The translations under genes were made by a program, and so were the position numbers. Below are positions 50,801-64,000 of a stretch of DNA of 64,000 bases, in pieces. Numbering within the stretch: position 1 is the first letter of the stretch; each line of letters starts with the position of its first letter. The notes under the pieces were generated by a model. It was not told the DNA's origin and made no database searches. It was given only the letters and a program-made list of their open reading frames with translations. Location: positions 33,418,001-33,482,000 of the forward strand of contig CM114271.1 of assembly GCA_050084515.1 (NCBI GenBank). The letters are read 5' to 3'. This DNA is from Blasia pusilla. Taxonomy: Eukaryota.

Positions 50801-53518
50801 AAATCAAATTGGAAACAACAAAACAGAGTATGTGAGGAGGAAGTGGAAGCCACCCACCGATGACTAGTATGAAGGAATGAGGTAGTAATACTAGGCCTGA
50901 CTAGTTGCAAAAGATCAAACCACCTAAGAGGATTTCTTTGAACCAATTATAACCCAGAATCGCACTATAATAACTAAAAGCGCAATATGTGAATTGGCAT
51001 TTAGGATGCTATAAGCATATTCACGAGAGAAGGAGGTCCAAAGATCCCAAGAATTTTGAAAAACCCCGAGAGATGCAGAGTGTGTCCAAGACCCACAAGC
51101 CCCAAACACGCCAGCACCAGGTATCATTTACCACCATTGTTGCTTGGAATGGACGTTTCTTGGTGACGCCAATCAGATTCAGCCAAGCACCAAGGTCTAG
51201 GTTTATGTGGAACTAGATCAGAGTTGGGAAGTGAGAAATCTGGAGTTGTGGTCTCAAACCTCAAGTCTAGAAGTCCATGCGCATCTCAATCAAGAAACTT
51301 TGCTAACTTGAGTTAGCGGAGGGCCAGAAGGAGTTAGCGCATCGCTAACTTGTGCGGCCGCCGAAACCACAGTTGAGGCGTCGGCGCCCCCAAGCCCAAT
51401 CCTAGTCGCAAGAGCCGTCATGAGTATCATGGCTAAGGCAGGTGGACCGCCATGGGTACTATTCGTATCCCGAACTCAGACGTGAGGCCACAATCAGAGG
51501 GCGTGAAGAAACCGAAACGTCATAGCGGTCTTGGAGCCCGGTTGGAGTCGCCGACATCATAAAGCAGAAACAGAGCACCAAACGCGGGACGTTTCGGACA
51601 TTCTTGGTCTCATTGAAAAGTTGAGAAGCAAACACTTTGAAGATGGGGTCGCATGCAGCGAGAGAGCATTAGATTATTGAGGGTTAGCTCAAGATGACGA
51701 AAGGGTCTATAGAATCAAGATGGCAAAAGAGTGTGGAACGCGGCAAGGTGAGTTTCGTGGCGTTGAGTTCGTATCGAGAGTGGAGCTGGCGAGTGCGAGA
51801 GAAAGTGAGCAAGGGTTTTGTTTAAGAGTTGTGCTTTGGAACAAAGTGAGCTCGAGGTCAAGGTGACACTAGCCCAATTGGATTGATCTAGGAGTGAGAG
51901 GTCCTGGTAGGTGATTGTAGTGAAACATGTGGAAACCAGGAAGGCTGGCTGAAATCTGAGTAAGGTTGCCATGGTTGCTCCCAAAGAGGAGAGTGAAGCC
52001 CACGTTGGAGAGTGACAGGTGTTTGAGCCGGAACCAAACTGGGAGAGGTCTGGTGGCACGCCAGGATTTTGATTTGTGAGTTGTAACCGCCCATAGTTGT
52101 GTTTGGTGTGTGGCTTTTCTGAGTGCAGGTTTTGAAGTTTCGAAGAATTTAGTTTTTCCTGCCCGTCACTAACTTAAGTGGAAGAAGAAAACAAAATTCA
52201 AGCTTCATAATACGAACAATTTGAAGCTTACATCAAAAAGATTGGAACACGATTAAAGTAATTACCAAAATCCTTAATTATCCTCCAACCTCCTCCTCAA
52301 TGATCCTCCCCCATGCCCCAAGGTTTTAAACACATCATGTCCAATCACAAACGTCCTCTTCACCTGGCTTCATTTTTCAACCAGTCTAAACTTGTGCCAT
52401 TGCCTTTCTCGAAACCTACACATCTTATGTCTGGATAGACATAAGATGCTTGGCAAAGACTAGTGTTCATTTTAGGGGAAAAAGACACTAACTTGCCTAC
52501 AGATTTCAAGTCGCACTTGCATCTCCAAGTTGCTAGGTATGTGGCGCCTCAGTGGATTCTTCAGGCACATTCTCCAAAGCCAGAGTAAAGAACTCGTGCA
52601 TGAGATCACAAAACGCTTCACATTTGGCAAGGCTAGCAGCCAAGAGAGGAGAAATGTAGTTGGCATACTTTCTTCAGGGGGGACCTACCCCTTGCATGGA
52701 TCTTGTGCCTACTCCCGCTGCTCAAAGCCTTCTACTTGGGTGCCAACTTTTGGCACGTCTCAAGCACTTCTTACGGCTTTGTGGCTTGAGATCATGGAAC
52801 CCAACCAGTAATCTCACATGTCTGACCTCTTCACAGTGCGGGGACCAAGGTATCTGTGCGGAAAGGTTCAGTTATGCTGCATAATATCACAGCTGCGACA
52901 CTGATGTGCAGCAGAACAAAACCTCCTGACCAGCTAATCCAGTGATGTGAGACTCTCGCAAGGGTAGGCCAGTTACAATTTCCACAGGTTTCACAGACTG
53001 ATGTTAGCAGGATTTTAGCAGACACCCAACCAACAACGAGACACTAATGAATTGCCTTCCTCCACGAGGACAGCAAATCAATCAAAATCAGTAAGACGCT
53101 CACACATATTCCTTAACCTACTTGTCCGTCCCCCAGATGTGAACAAGTTAATAAGTTCACTCCAGCAATCTGATGAGAGCCAGAGTAGATGAATCTCTCT
53201 CCGATACACATGTCAGATATTATGCACACCACTACTGAAAACCCTCAAATCATGGACGTTCATTAAACTTTCATGGAACCTGCACAACCAATATATTCCC
53301 ACTTGATGTGATCGGTAACCCAGTTCCATACCAAATAATCACAGATCATATCAAAATCACTAAGCTGGAAATGGAAGGGTTAACATCAAAGACGTTGGTA
53401 ATGTTGGGAGTATACTTGAATAGACAATATGTGTACAACCTCCCAATTTGACTATGTTCTCACTACAAAGAACAGAAGTTCCGGTCCCTCAATTTGGCTG
53501 TATGTTATTCCAACGTCC

Positions 53519-56500
53519 TCAGCTGCTCTGCCAGAAATTCGTGGAATCTTCTGCATAAAGTGTTCGGTCTTGAATTTCTAAATTAGCAATGTGCAGGTCC
53601 ACCATCCAAGCTTGAAAGCACTTGCACATTATAAGTAGCACTGGTAACAGCCACCAACTTTCCTCCACCCTACACACATAACCATAGATCCAGATCAGAT
53701 TAATAAGTACAGAATGTTTGGCATGATAAATTCCAAATTCACCAATTTCCAGTTGTGCAAAATTATTAGGATATCCTGAATTGGAACCAGAGGCAACAGA
53801 ATTCTCCCAGCTCTCTTGAACACCACTAGAAAAATCAACCTTTCTCAGCCAGGAAAATGAACCTTACCCGCTAAATCTGACTGTGTGTAAATCACCTTCA
53901 GGCAGCATCCGTGGAATAACATAATGGAAGAACCCGAATATCAAGGCCACAAACTGTAAAAAAACAATCACATGGGAATTAGGATTCTAGAAACATTTAT
54001 CCTAAAGCATTTATCCCATAATAACCATCTGAACTCACACTCTTTACAAGAAACACTCCCATGCTACAACCTATACTTGTCTTGCGATATCCATCTGAAA
54101 TGAAAGTGGTGATATCCAATTCAATGGATACTGATGGTGAAGAACTTCTACAGGAGTGACTACCTTGAAATAACCATTGACGCTTGTCAGGAACAACTTT
54201 GAAGGAAGCACTCTACACTATACAAACAGCCGTCGGGTAATGCTTGTTGACTCACCACATTGGCAAAAGAGGTAATATTCCATAGGGCATAAACCCGAGC
54301 TAACCCTGCTGCTCTCCGTGGGCCATGACTGAATAATGCATTGAGGCCCGCAGCACTGGGCAGCAATGATGCAAGAGGAAGTACCAAAAGAACCAAAAGA
54401 AATGCCTCCAAAGATATGGAAAAAAATTGTAGAAGTGTGAGCAATGTTAAGCTTAAATCTGCTAGAAGTAGCAAGGATATGATCAGTCCCACCGTCGCCT
54501 GCACCACAGTTACCCAAGTTACAATACATTCCTTTGATTCAAACAAGAACAGATTCACTAAAACATGTTTGAGACTAAGTTCTTCCAAATATTTAAAGGT
54601 GATTGAACTGCTTTCAAAGAATCGCCATGAAGGTCTCTCCTATTTCTATTCTTCAAATCAACATGTTCAAAAGCTCACCTGATGGCCAACTGGCCTCATG
54701 TTGCGCAATAGCAATGACAAAGGGAACAGTACATCCCACTTTTCTTCTAGAGAAGGTAGTGTTACGGCATCCAATATAGCTCCTCCAACTCTCCTGCCAG
54801 ATGCATTCATCTGAGAGTAACTCTCAGTTGACAAATATGGCCCTGGCAGGAAAGTTTCCTGACCATCCGCTGGTGGAGAGTTGTTTAATCTGGCAGATAC
54901 GCTTAGTCTGCAGAGTAACCCAACCAAGAAGTCCAATGAGCATTCCACATACAAAATATTAAAGCTCATGATGTTGAATTTAAGGTGCACATGGGCTACT
55001 ATACACTAAACCCTAAGCAGCCGAATCTCAAGCTTTACAAAAGAAACCTCAGAAGACTTGGGCACCTACTGTGCTCGAGGAGACTCTACCCCATCAGGGA
55101 CCTGCTGCATCGATGGTAGTTCTCGGGCCTCATTAAGAACAACACCCAGTTGATAATAGCCTGATGCAGTAGCCTGAAACCATGCTAAGTCCACTCGAAT
55201 GCCTTCTGAGTTGAAACACGGGTTGACATGGGAGTTCAACCAGTCATTCACTGGAGACAGAGTGTGGCGCAGAGAACCTCTCCTAACAGTCCGTAACTGT
55301 GCATTTAATCCCGCAACAAAACGGTACCAAACGGTGGGAGGTAGTGCCTGAATAAAGCCCAACACCAGACACATGATATATTCCAATACCCCATAGATCA
55401 GATGGACCAAATACTTCTCAACTTTCAATTTCTTCACTAACACCAAAAAGACTGGCAGATAAATTTATCCAAAAAATATGGCTACACCTGGGTAGGTAAA
55501 GGTAAGGAGCCTTCAAGACTCCAAGGTGCAATAAACTGTCGACGACAAAGGAAGAGCTTGAGCCTTTTCTCAGATACGAAATGGTAACATGATTTTAATA
55601 AATTGGAGTACTTGAAAGCAACAAAACTTTGAAAAGTAGGGAACAGTAGACCATTGCATAACATAAGGCAACCCACCTGAGAAATTAGACTTGTAAATAG
55701 ATTATCACTGTGAAGTGAGTAAGCAGCCATGTAGGTGCCATCCCCACCAAAGATGATAGACATAGGCAGCCTCTGCAACAATCGGGGTGGAAGGTCAGAC
55801 CTCTTCTCATCTCCTCCCGAGAACACATCGATGTAAGCCAAAATAAGATCTGGTGTGGCTGCCACCTGCCCAAGCAACAAAGAGAGTGAGTGAATGAGGT
55901 CAAACCCTTCGCTCATGGCCCACTGATACTACCATAGACCTTCAGAGGAATCATCAAGACTTCACCCATTCAGAGAGGCATAGAAGTCACTCATTCAACC
56001 TGCGCTTCAACACATGTAATCATTACCAAAGCAGTACCTAAACCCTAACACCAGTCTTGATTCCTTATGAACTTCACATTCATATTTCCCTTCAACTACC
56101 AGAATTACATCAATGTATGACTCTGGGTACAATAACATAGCAACTTAAATGCCAGAATATAGGAGTGAGTAAATTCACCACATGCAAGCCTATGCTCAAA
56201 TGTTAAGAGCCACTATTTTCTGGAAGACAATGATACCAAACCCTGGAGATTATCACTCTACTGTTAATCTGAAGGATAGCTGTGAAGAGGTACCAGGATG
56301 GCTTCCTCACCCAATGCTAAACTCTTAAAACAGGCCAAATTTTGCTAAATAAGGCACTCAGATATATACAAGGTCTTTACTTAGCTCTGCGTTGAAGAAA
56401 CCACTATTATGAAGCAACAAATATTGAATCATAAGCACGGTTAATATAACTGACCTTCAAGCCTTCATAAAGTGCTCGTGAGCGACATGATCGCAGACAG

Positions 56501-59500
56501 GCATGATCATACTCTGACCGAACATACTCACGCAGTTGTTGAACCTTCTTTCGGCGTCTCCATTGCTGCCAGTGCCATGCAAAAGGGTATGCAAGCACAG
56601 ACAATATACTATGGACAGACCCCTCCCACCATTGATAGGCCGCCAAGCTATTGATCTCCTCCACAAATCTGTTATATGCATCCTCATAACTGCACAAGAA
56701 GGTGTGATGAAACTGAATCAGCACCAGAAAGCCAATAATGGCAATTCCTGTGACTTACGTCTTCATATGAAATTAGCTTGCTAACCAAAGATGAGTTACA
56801 AGTGCCTTTTTACTTGAGATACATACTAAGCTCAAGGTTACATAAACACACAAAATGTGTAGCCAATTGCTGAACATGACATCTGTTCCAGAACAGTGTC
56901 TTACATTATATTCTAAACATGCTACAAAGAGTAAATTAGCTGTCACAATTTCAACAACTACTAGCCTTTCATCATGAGTCAAATGTGTGTAATAAAATGA
57001 TACTGACTGATGCTTTAACTGATAAAAAATCCTGGACATCATCAGGCCAAACTATCCAAGATCCATTTATTTATTTGATAATGGACAACTGAGCAAACAG
57101 AAACCACCCATCTTACACAAGTTCAACGATCTGCTCAGCAGGTGAATGGGGAAGATGCCATGGCTCGCCAAACGAATTGCAGCCCATGAAGAACACTCGA
57201 TGTACATGACTTTGGGACTCTTCTACACGCGTAGTTTCTAGGACCTGAAGACAAAGTAATCGCAAAAATGTTTAATGTCCACAACAACATACTACCAATA
57301 ATGCTCTTTGGCGACCAGAGAACCACGTACATTTTACCTATTGATCTCCTCCTACAACAACATACTACCAACATTTTACCACCTACATTTTAGTGCTCTT
57401 TGGCGACCAGAGAACAGAAATAATCATTTGCAGTGCAGTAATTTTTACACAATAGAATGAGTTAACTCACTCAGTAAAATGTGATTAGAGATAATGTAAC
57501 TAAACAGTAAGTTCAGCAGTAGGTTTGGAGAAGTTGAAGGAGTCAAAAGTTGAAATTACCTCATTCAAGGACTCCAAGAAGGGGAAGGAGTGGTCAATGT
57601 GAGCACCAGTTGGAACTGGGGCAGGACCAGAAAAATCATCATTCCCCATAAGTTTCATTCGAGCGACACTGAGAACAAGAGCTAAAATAACAAGTGAACT
57701 CGAGAGGAAGACAGTGAAAAGCAGAGGTCCACCAAGGTTGTAGATCAGTTCTTCTATTGGTGTATGACAATTTGGCATACGATACTTTTCCGACAAGCAC
57801 TGATATGGACAAGACGGTTCTGTTACGCCTCCTGCAGAATATATCCAGTACAAAAACGGTTTCATGTCATAATATAGCACTTCAAGACAGGATGCTAGAA
57901 AGTAACAAATCTTACTGAATTGACAAACAAAGTATCAAATTACAAGAACGTAAACGCACAAACCTCGGACATAGGTGAAGCTAGCTCTCCGAGGCAATTC
58001 TATAGTTGGACAAGGTAAACACAATCTGATGTCAGAACCCGTTTGATTCTTGAACGTACCAACTGGGCATTCCTGCACACCAGCTCCACAGATCCAACCC
58101 CCCATCCCCACAAAGCCCTAATTAGATCTCTCTAGAGCGGCCTCTGATTTTCATGAATGTATCACCTTTGAAGTGTGTCAAGAGGGCAAAAGTCAGAGTC
58201 CCAAAACCTCCACACAGGGTCAAACAAAATACTTCACCATCCATGCAAACCACTCAATAAAGCACAAAGAATAGATTCTAACATAACCAAATGAAGCAAC
58301 TTCAAGAAAGAAAACACACAAGGACCTCACCTCACAGAATATACCATGGAGTCCTTTGGGGCATTCTCTACCAGTTATTGTACCATCACTTCCACCGAAA
58401 CCACTGTCACTTCCTGTCCCCCCTCTAACTCATGACAAGCCCAGGTAAGAACTTCTATAAGCTTTGACAGTTTCCACATCAATAAGGCAATGGCATTAAC
58501 AGCCACATGACACTAGTTGCACACATCCAAATTACCAATCAAAGTGATCGCATGACATCAATCAATATGAACTGAAAATGACTGAATTGTATAAACACAT
58601 GCTTCATGTAGGGCAGGCTACAACCTCATTCTACTCAAAGAGCCTAGTGGGAAGAGACAAGGTTCTAGCTACCTTGCATGAAGGTATCCTTCGACATTCG
58701 CAACGGCTAAGTAATCTTCACCCGTGGCAATATTTGACCAATGAAAATGAACCCTGCCACCAGCCCCACCACCACCTCCTACCGGACCGCCATGGCCTCC
58801 AGCACTTGAAAGCAAAGATCCATTTTGGAGTGTTAGACTCTGCAGAAAAAGTAAAAGACTTCCCCCCGATCCCCCCCCAGGGCCTCCAGTTGCTTTCTCA
58901 GCTACCAGCTCACTAGAGCTTTCCCCATCCACTGTAAGAGCCCCTGAAATGTCCAGGCTCGACAACGGATGGTCCAATGATCCCAACACTGCAAAAACGA
59001 ATGTAAACTTTCAGCAACGCATACACTTTAATAGTTTAACTAACTATTCATCCTCCACAACATAAAAATAAAAAAATGTCCATGGAATAATGTCCACATA
59101 CAGACTAATAATGGAAAGAATGAACAAGTCGCCAATGTTTCTCTTGTAGCACTGTAATTGGACTTTCATCTCCCATGTTTTCCAGGATTTAAATTATTTT
59201 AGAAACCAACAAAAATCAGAACATTGTCCATACTGACACCTTTGAAAGTACTTCAACCAACCATCGACAGGTCTTGCGAGAAGAGTAAGTATAGGACTAA
59301 AAAGGAAAAGATTGAATCATTCAAATTATCTTCAAATGGTGATACTGGATCACTGGTGGACTTCAAGAAATGGAATAACTGGTACTTGAAGTCAGCAACT
59401 AAATCAAGTAGACGACTTAACCAAGAGATGAGTCACTTTCGTAGGTGAGAAAATATCCCTGAAGCCTATTTAACAGAGCAGAGCCTCTACTGAATTGCAT

Positions 59501-62500
59501 CATAAGGCAACTCCGGGCCTTTGGTACCTTGTAGAAGTTTAAATATATCCTGTCAGACTTACTTTCTATGAAAGAGGGTAAACTAAATGACAGTCAGACA
59601 GTCATGATTCACATTTTAAGATGGACCTCCAACAATCTCATGAACAAGATTCTTTACCAATTGCAGCAAAAATGAAAGGGTACATCTTGATTTTCTTTGG
59701 ACGATAACCTATCATAAGGTTTTCTTACTCACTACAGATTAAAGATAAACTGAAATTTTTAATCTCATCATAGTTTCACTTTCTCAATTTACTTTGACTC
59801 GCTGCAGTTGTATTTTCCTGTTTTTTTTATTGCAACACATTCAGTTATCCAACTTGTACTGGAACACAGCAAATCCCTCCACCATTCATGGACATACTCT
59901 CCATTTAAGAAATTTGGAGATGCTCAATAATAACACAAGAGCTGCCCATTACCGATAATTCCACCACCCGAAGTAATTATTCCACTGCTTGAATTACCAC
60001 TGCCACTCCCAAGCTCACATGGCAGACTCTGATCCCCGTATTCAACTCCACCTTCTGCCCAGCTCCCATTGAAGAATCCTCGCCCTCCCTTTCCACCATG
60101 ACCCCCTCCTCCAGCAGCATATGTTTCAGACATCTCACCCTTCCCTAATCCACCTTTGCATCCTGCATACAGTATTGCCATCTTAAGACATGAGTTACTC
60201 ACTTCAATCTGTCAGTACCTGACAAAAGACACTATCCCAGATCAGAAGATGTCTCAATACACACATCCTTCATCAGCAACATAATCTACATAAAATAGAA
60301 ACGGAAAAAACCTTTCGACCGATACAGTGATGTCGAAACATTAAAGACAAACTTTCACGAACCCCAGCCAGAGGCAGTAAGAAGTCCATGAGCACTGATA
60401 GAGACAGTCCTTGTTCGTTGTGCATGCACCACACTACCCTTGACTGTACCATCTATGTATATATCTTCAACTCGGCACACCTGCAGTGCCAAACATCCAC
60501 TTTCTTTCCATTAGCAGGCAACTAGGAGGAAGATCCAGCTACAGTCCCTTAAAATTCCGTTGAAGACACAGAAAATGCTTTTTCTTCTCTTATAACGCTC
60601 TGTACTTAATGTCACTAAACTGGTCCTTAGATTTGTCCTTATCAAGGTTAAGATATGCGCATTCAGCTCAAACTGTAGGATATGCAGGACTACTAAAAAA
60701 AGGACAACCGTTAGCAGCTGTCACCACCTTGACAATGGTTTTCAGCCACTACACAGGCATTCATATATTTTAAAATTCACACTGAAGGAGGATGAGACTG
60801 GTCAATAAGACAGACAGTACCATATGGAGGAATTATAACCCAGGAGGGCCTGAAAATAACAGCTACTCTCTCTCTCGTCTCAATCACCTTGACAGGTCTC
60901 CTTGTATTTGCACTCCTTAATTTGCAGTAAAACGTCAGGGTAAGAGAAGCAGCAGTCTTCCTTGTAGAATGACCAGATTTTAAGAAATTAAAAAATGCAG
61001 GATGTCAATAGGAAAGTTTATCTACACCACTGTCTGCCTCACACAAAGATTTAAAGAGTTGACCAATTTGCGATGAATCACATCATCTACACACTGTGAA
61101 ACAAGAAAATGGACGTATTCAAAAAGGCTGTAGTATTTGGGACAAAGGCATGTATCGCTTTTCCCAGGAAACAGACATGCACACATATGGACAGCCCTTG
61201 AGGTCCTGGCATTTACCTCAACTCTGTACTGTCGCTTCAAGAAGCATCCAGTTCTTTTCATAAATTTCTTGGTCATAGGGATCAGACGCATGGGTAATTG
61301 TATGTAGAAGGTTGCTAATTTAAGAGTTTATTATCTGGAAGCTTAAGATAAGAGTGCCAAACGTCTCTCTGGCTGAATTACGTTTGGTACGGCAGTGTGT
61401 TTGGGGTCTGATTGCTCCAATGTTGGGTGCACGCCTGTCACTGTTTTGTCCATCCCATGAACTCTCATCTCCTTGAACACTAAATTAATTCCTTCAGTCT
61501 TGAAATACAACCCATCTTATTTCAACACAGATGTTTCAAGACCAAGTTTTATCCGGCCAAATTCACTACAAAATAATTTAGAACCTGCACAACTACTTTT
61601 TCTAATAATTGTCCACTTACAGTGAGGATGCGTTGCGTCTCATCTTTGACATTTCTCTCTTTCTATTCCACAATCCCGAAAATCCAACAAGTTCAAAACT
61701 TCTAAAAAACCCCTGACAGTTGCACTCAAGCCTAGACTAGAGTATATAGTACTCTGTTCATCAGTACTCGTAAGAAGATTGCTACAAATGACAGAAAATT
61801 CACCAATATACGTCATGTCAAGTTACAATAATTACAGGCCATTACACACAGTATTTTAAACAGCTTCAATCCCGTGTTGTAGTTAACCTTTCTTCTGTTA
61901 TGTTATTGGGATTGCTGGAGACCTCTTCCAAATAGATCGAAAAAATCATTAGACATTAACACATTAATACTCTCCTTCAGCAATCTTTTTTCTTCATGCG
62001 CATGGATAAGACTGACAAAAATCACAATCTAGAGGATTCATAGGGCAAACCTGTAGTGTGAAAGGGGATGACGTATTTAGTGTACAATCTTCAGAGGGAT
62101 TGATCACTTCATCTGGGCACGTAGTTCGCAAACAATGCACACGGGAGGTCCTGAATACCGCATTTGATGAATCATGTGGAGGTAACATAAAAAAACTATT
62201 AATATGGAAAAGAAAGAAGCACTGCACCAGGGATGGACTCACTTATGAGAGAATATAAAAATTTCAAACTGCCAACGCCGAAATAATAGAAAGATACCCA
62301 TCAAAGTATCTGAACAAGGTTCAGGCACGTATTATACATCACATCATAAGACATTCATGTCATATTCAGGCTGTCTATAGACTATTATCAATGGTGAAGT
62401 ACAACTCACTCATCACTTAATGGTGAGTTGTAGTCCAATGGTGCTTGTAGTATTGAGCCAGATCCGACCTACAATGATTGATTAGAACAATCCCCTGTTT

Positions 62501-63964
62501 AGATAACAGAAGAATTTAAAATTCCAGATTGTTCAACAGGGATGAAAATATGTGGTAGGACTGCAACTGAAATAAAACAAACAGGTTGAAGATCACGTGG
62601 CACCAACTGATTTCACGATTATCAGTATCCTTAACTATCAGGACTAAGTACACCAGAGAAGTTGAAGATACATTACATAGAGAGTAAAGAAAAGTGAGAG
62701 GAATAGTCGCTCTGCTTCAATGATATCTCCTGTGCCATTCAATCTCAAAAGTCCTTGACCATGCAATCCCAGGTTGGAATTAGACGAAATTACAGAACCC
62801 TCCTGAACCAGCAAGGAAAGATACTGCATTAAGTCCAATCAAGGTCATGCTAAGTGCAGTCATATTTGTAAATGAAGAATCATGTGCTGCTTCCCATAAA
62901 CATGCAGAGGATGAGAATACATGAACTTCCTGGAAACAGAATGCCAAACTTCTTCCAATCCATTTTTCTCAGGTGGGCCCGAGCCTTACAAGACGGCAGC
63001 TTTACAAGAGTATGGACAACTCATGAAACCACATGGTATTACCCAAAATTATCACTAGTCCCACATCCCATGACAAAAAGTTGTGGCCTGATGCCCTAAG
63101 ACTCTGTAACAGACTTCCAAAGGACTGAAAATTTGCAGAAAACACTCCAATAGGAAACTCAAATTAGATACTGTTAGTTTGGCTTCCTGAAGAACATACT
63201 CTTAATACAGCGATACTGCTGGCCTCCAGCTCTGAAGTGCCCGTCATCGAATCTGAGCCACCCTCAATCTGCAGAATTGAGTTCACCATATACAGCATTT
63301 TCACTTGAAGCTTCAGAGCACCATAGACCTACACACAATTAGGGGACATCCAGAAGTTAAAAGCAGGTAAAGGAGATGTTGTGCATCATTTTTTTACCTA
63401 GTACTACATGCTTAACTAGCACTTACCCGAGATCAGGTAAAAGTGAAAACAGTTCCACCTGATCCCACATTTCTTCAAAATGACGCTATGAGTACGATTG
63501 ACGAGGTTTCAAACTGCTGGTAACAGGTTAAATCCAACAGTGTTAACTTTGGACAAAAGTTGGTTTTGTAAAGAGAGAGAAGAATTACTTTCAGATAGCA
63601 TTACTTGAAAACCTGCTCAAAACTAGATTTTGATTCTCGGATAGAAAGAGACATGACAGGAGGATGTTCTCTCCACAGGATCCAGAATAAATAAATTACA
63701 AAACTTGTGGGCAATTTCTTTTGACAAGGTTCCAGTGGATTCTGTTACTCCTCAAAGCACCACAAAGTACTTAATGCAATTGCTAATGATTCTTCCTTTG
63801 CATCAAGTCTGAACATGAGATGAGGAACTTTGATAAACACATACCATAATAGTTCCGTCAGTCATTAGAACCTCTTCTGCCACCACCTCAAACTCTGAGC
63901 TCGAATAATGAGCCAAGCCAAAGCTTAGTAAGGCACCAGATGCAATTGTTAACTGTCCACGAAC
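53519..63964 (-). CDS. Large conserved glycine-rich membrane protein (Arabidopsis At5g11700/At4g32920-like, often annotated 'ephrin type-B receptor'-like); 5' part lies beyond the window
   Basis: 19 GT-AG exons with consistent phases: 63845-63964, 63200-63328, 62677-62802, 62410-62468, 62051-62150, 60363-60480, 59953-60162, 58673-58988, 58331-58424, 57964-58072, 57560-57831, 57117-57244, 56455-56689, 55677-55865, 55070-55347, 54679-54907, 54256-54498, 53868-53953, 53519-53669 (TGA). Motifs GGGGHGGKGG, LPCELGSGSG, CPKGLHGIFCEECPVGTFKN, YDHACLRSCRSRALYEGLK, HGPRR and ANLEIQD. Confidence 0.92.
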
Positions 63965-64000
63965 CTGAGGACTCCAAATGTATTCTGTTAATCAAACCGA

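Noticed and set aside
51200-52200. Possible 5' end or ORF1 of a LINE, or a small gene
   Set aside because: GC-richer segment with short ORFs but no recognisable motifs or splice structure.

Overview
Eukaryotic nuclear DNA from a land plant. A bryophyte, perhaps a liverwort, is my guess from gene content and intron style; this is not proven. Host genes are an intronless UDP-glucose 6-dehydrogenase (26012-27457 +), a Ser/Arg-rich single-exon gene (43999-45165 -), an intron-containing tRNA-Tyr(GTA) (47337-47422 -) and the last 19 exons of a large conserved glycine-rich membrane protein gene (53519->63964 -). The rest is mostly nested, decayed transposons: Ty3/Gypsy elements, solo LTRs, a hAT transposase, hAT-type MITEs and non-LTR remnants. 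The main observation is a Ty3/Gypsy family whose pol carries a complete DNMT3-like C5 cytosine methyltransferase domain between the aspartic protease and the reverse transcriptase (gag-ZnK-PR-DNMT-RT). It appears three times in this window (1-4680, 13370-17780, 47860-48965). All three copies are pseudogenised.
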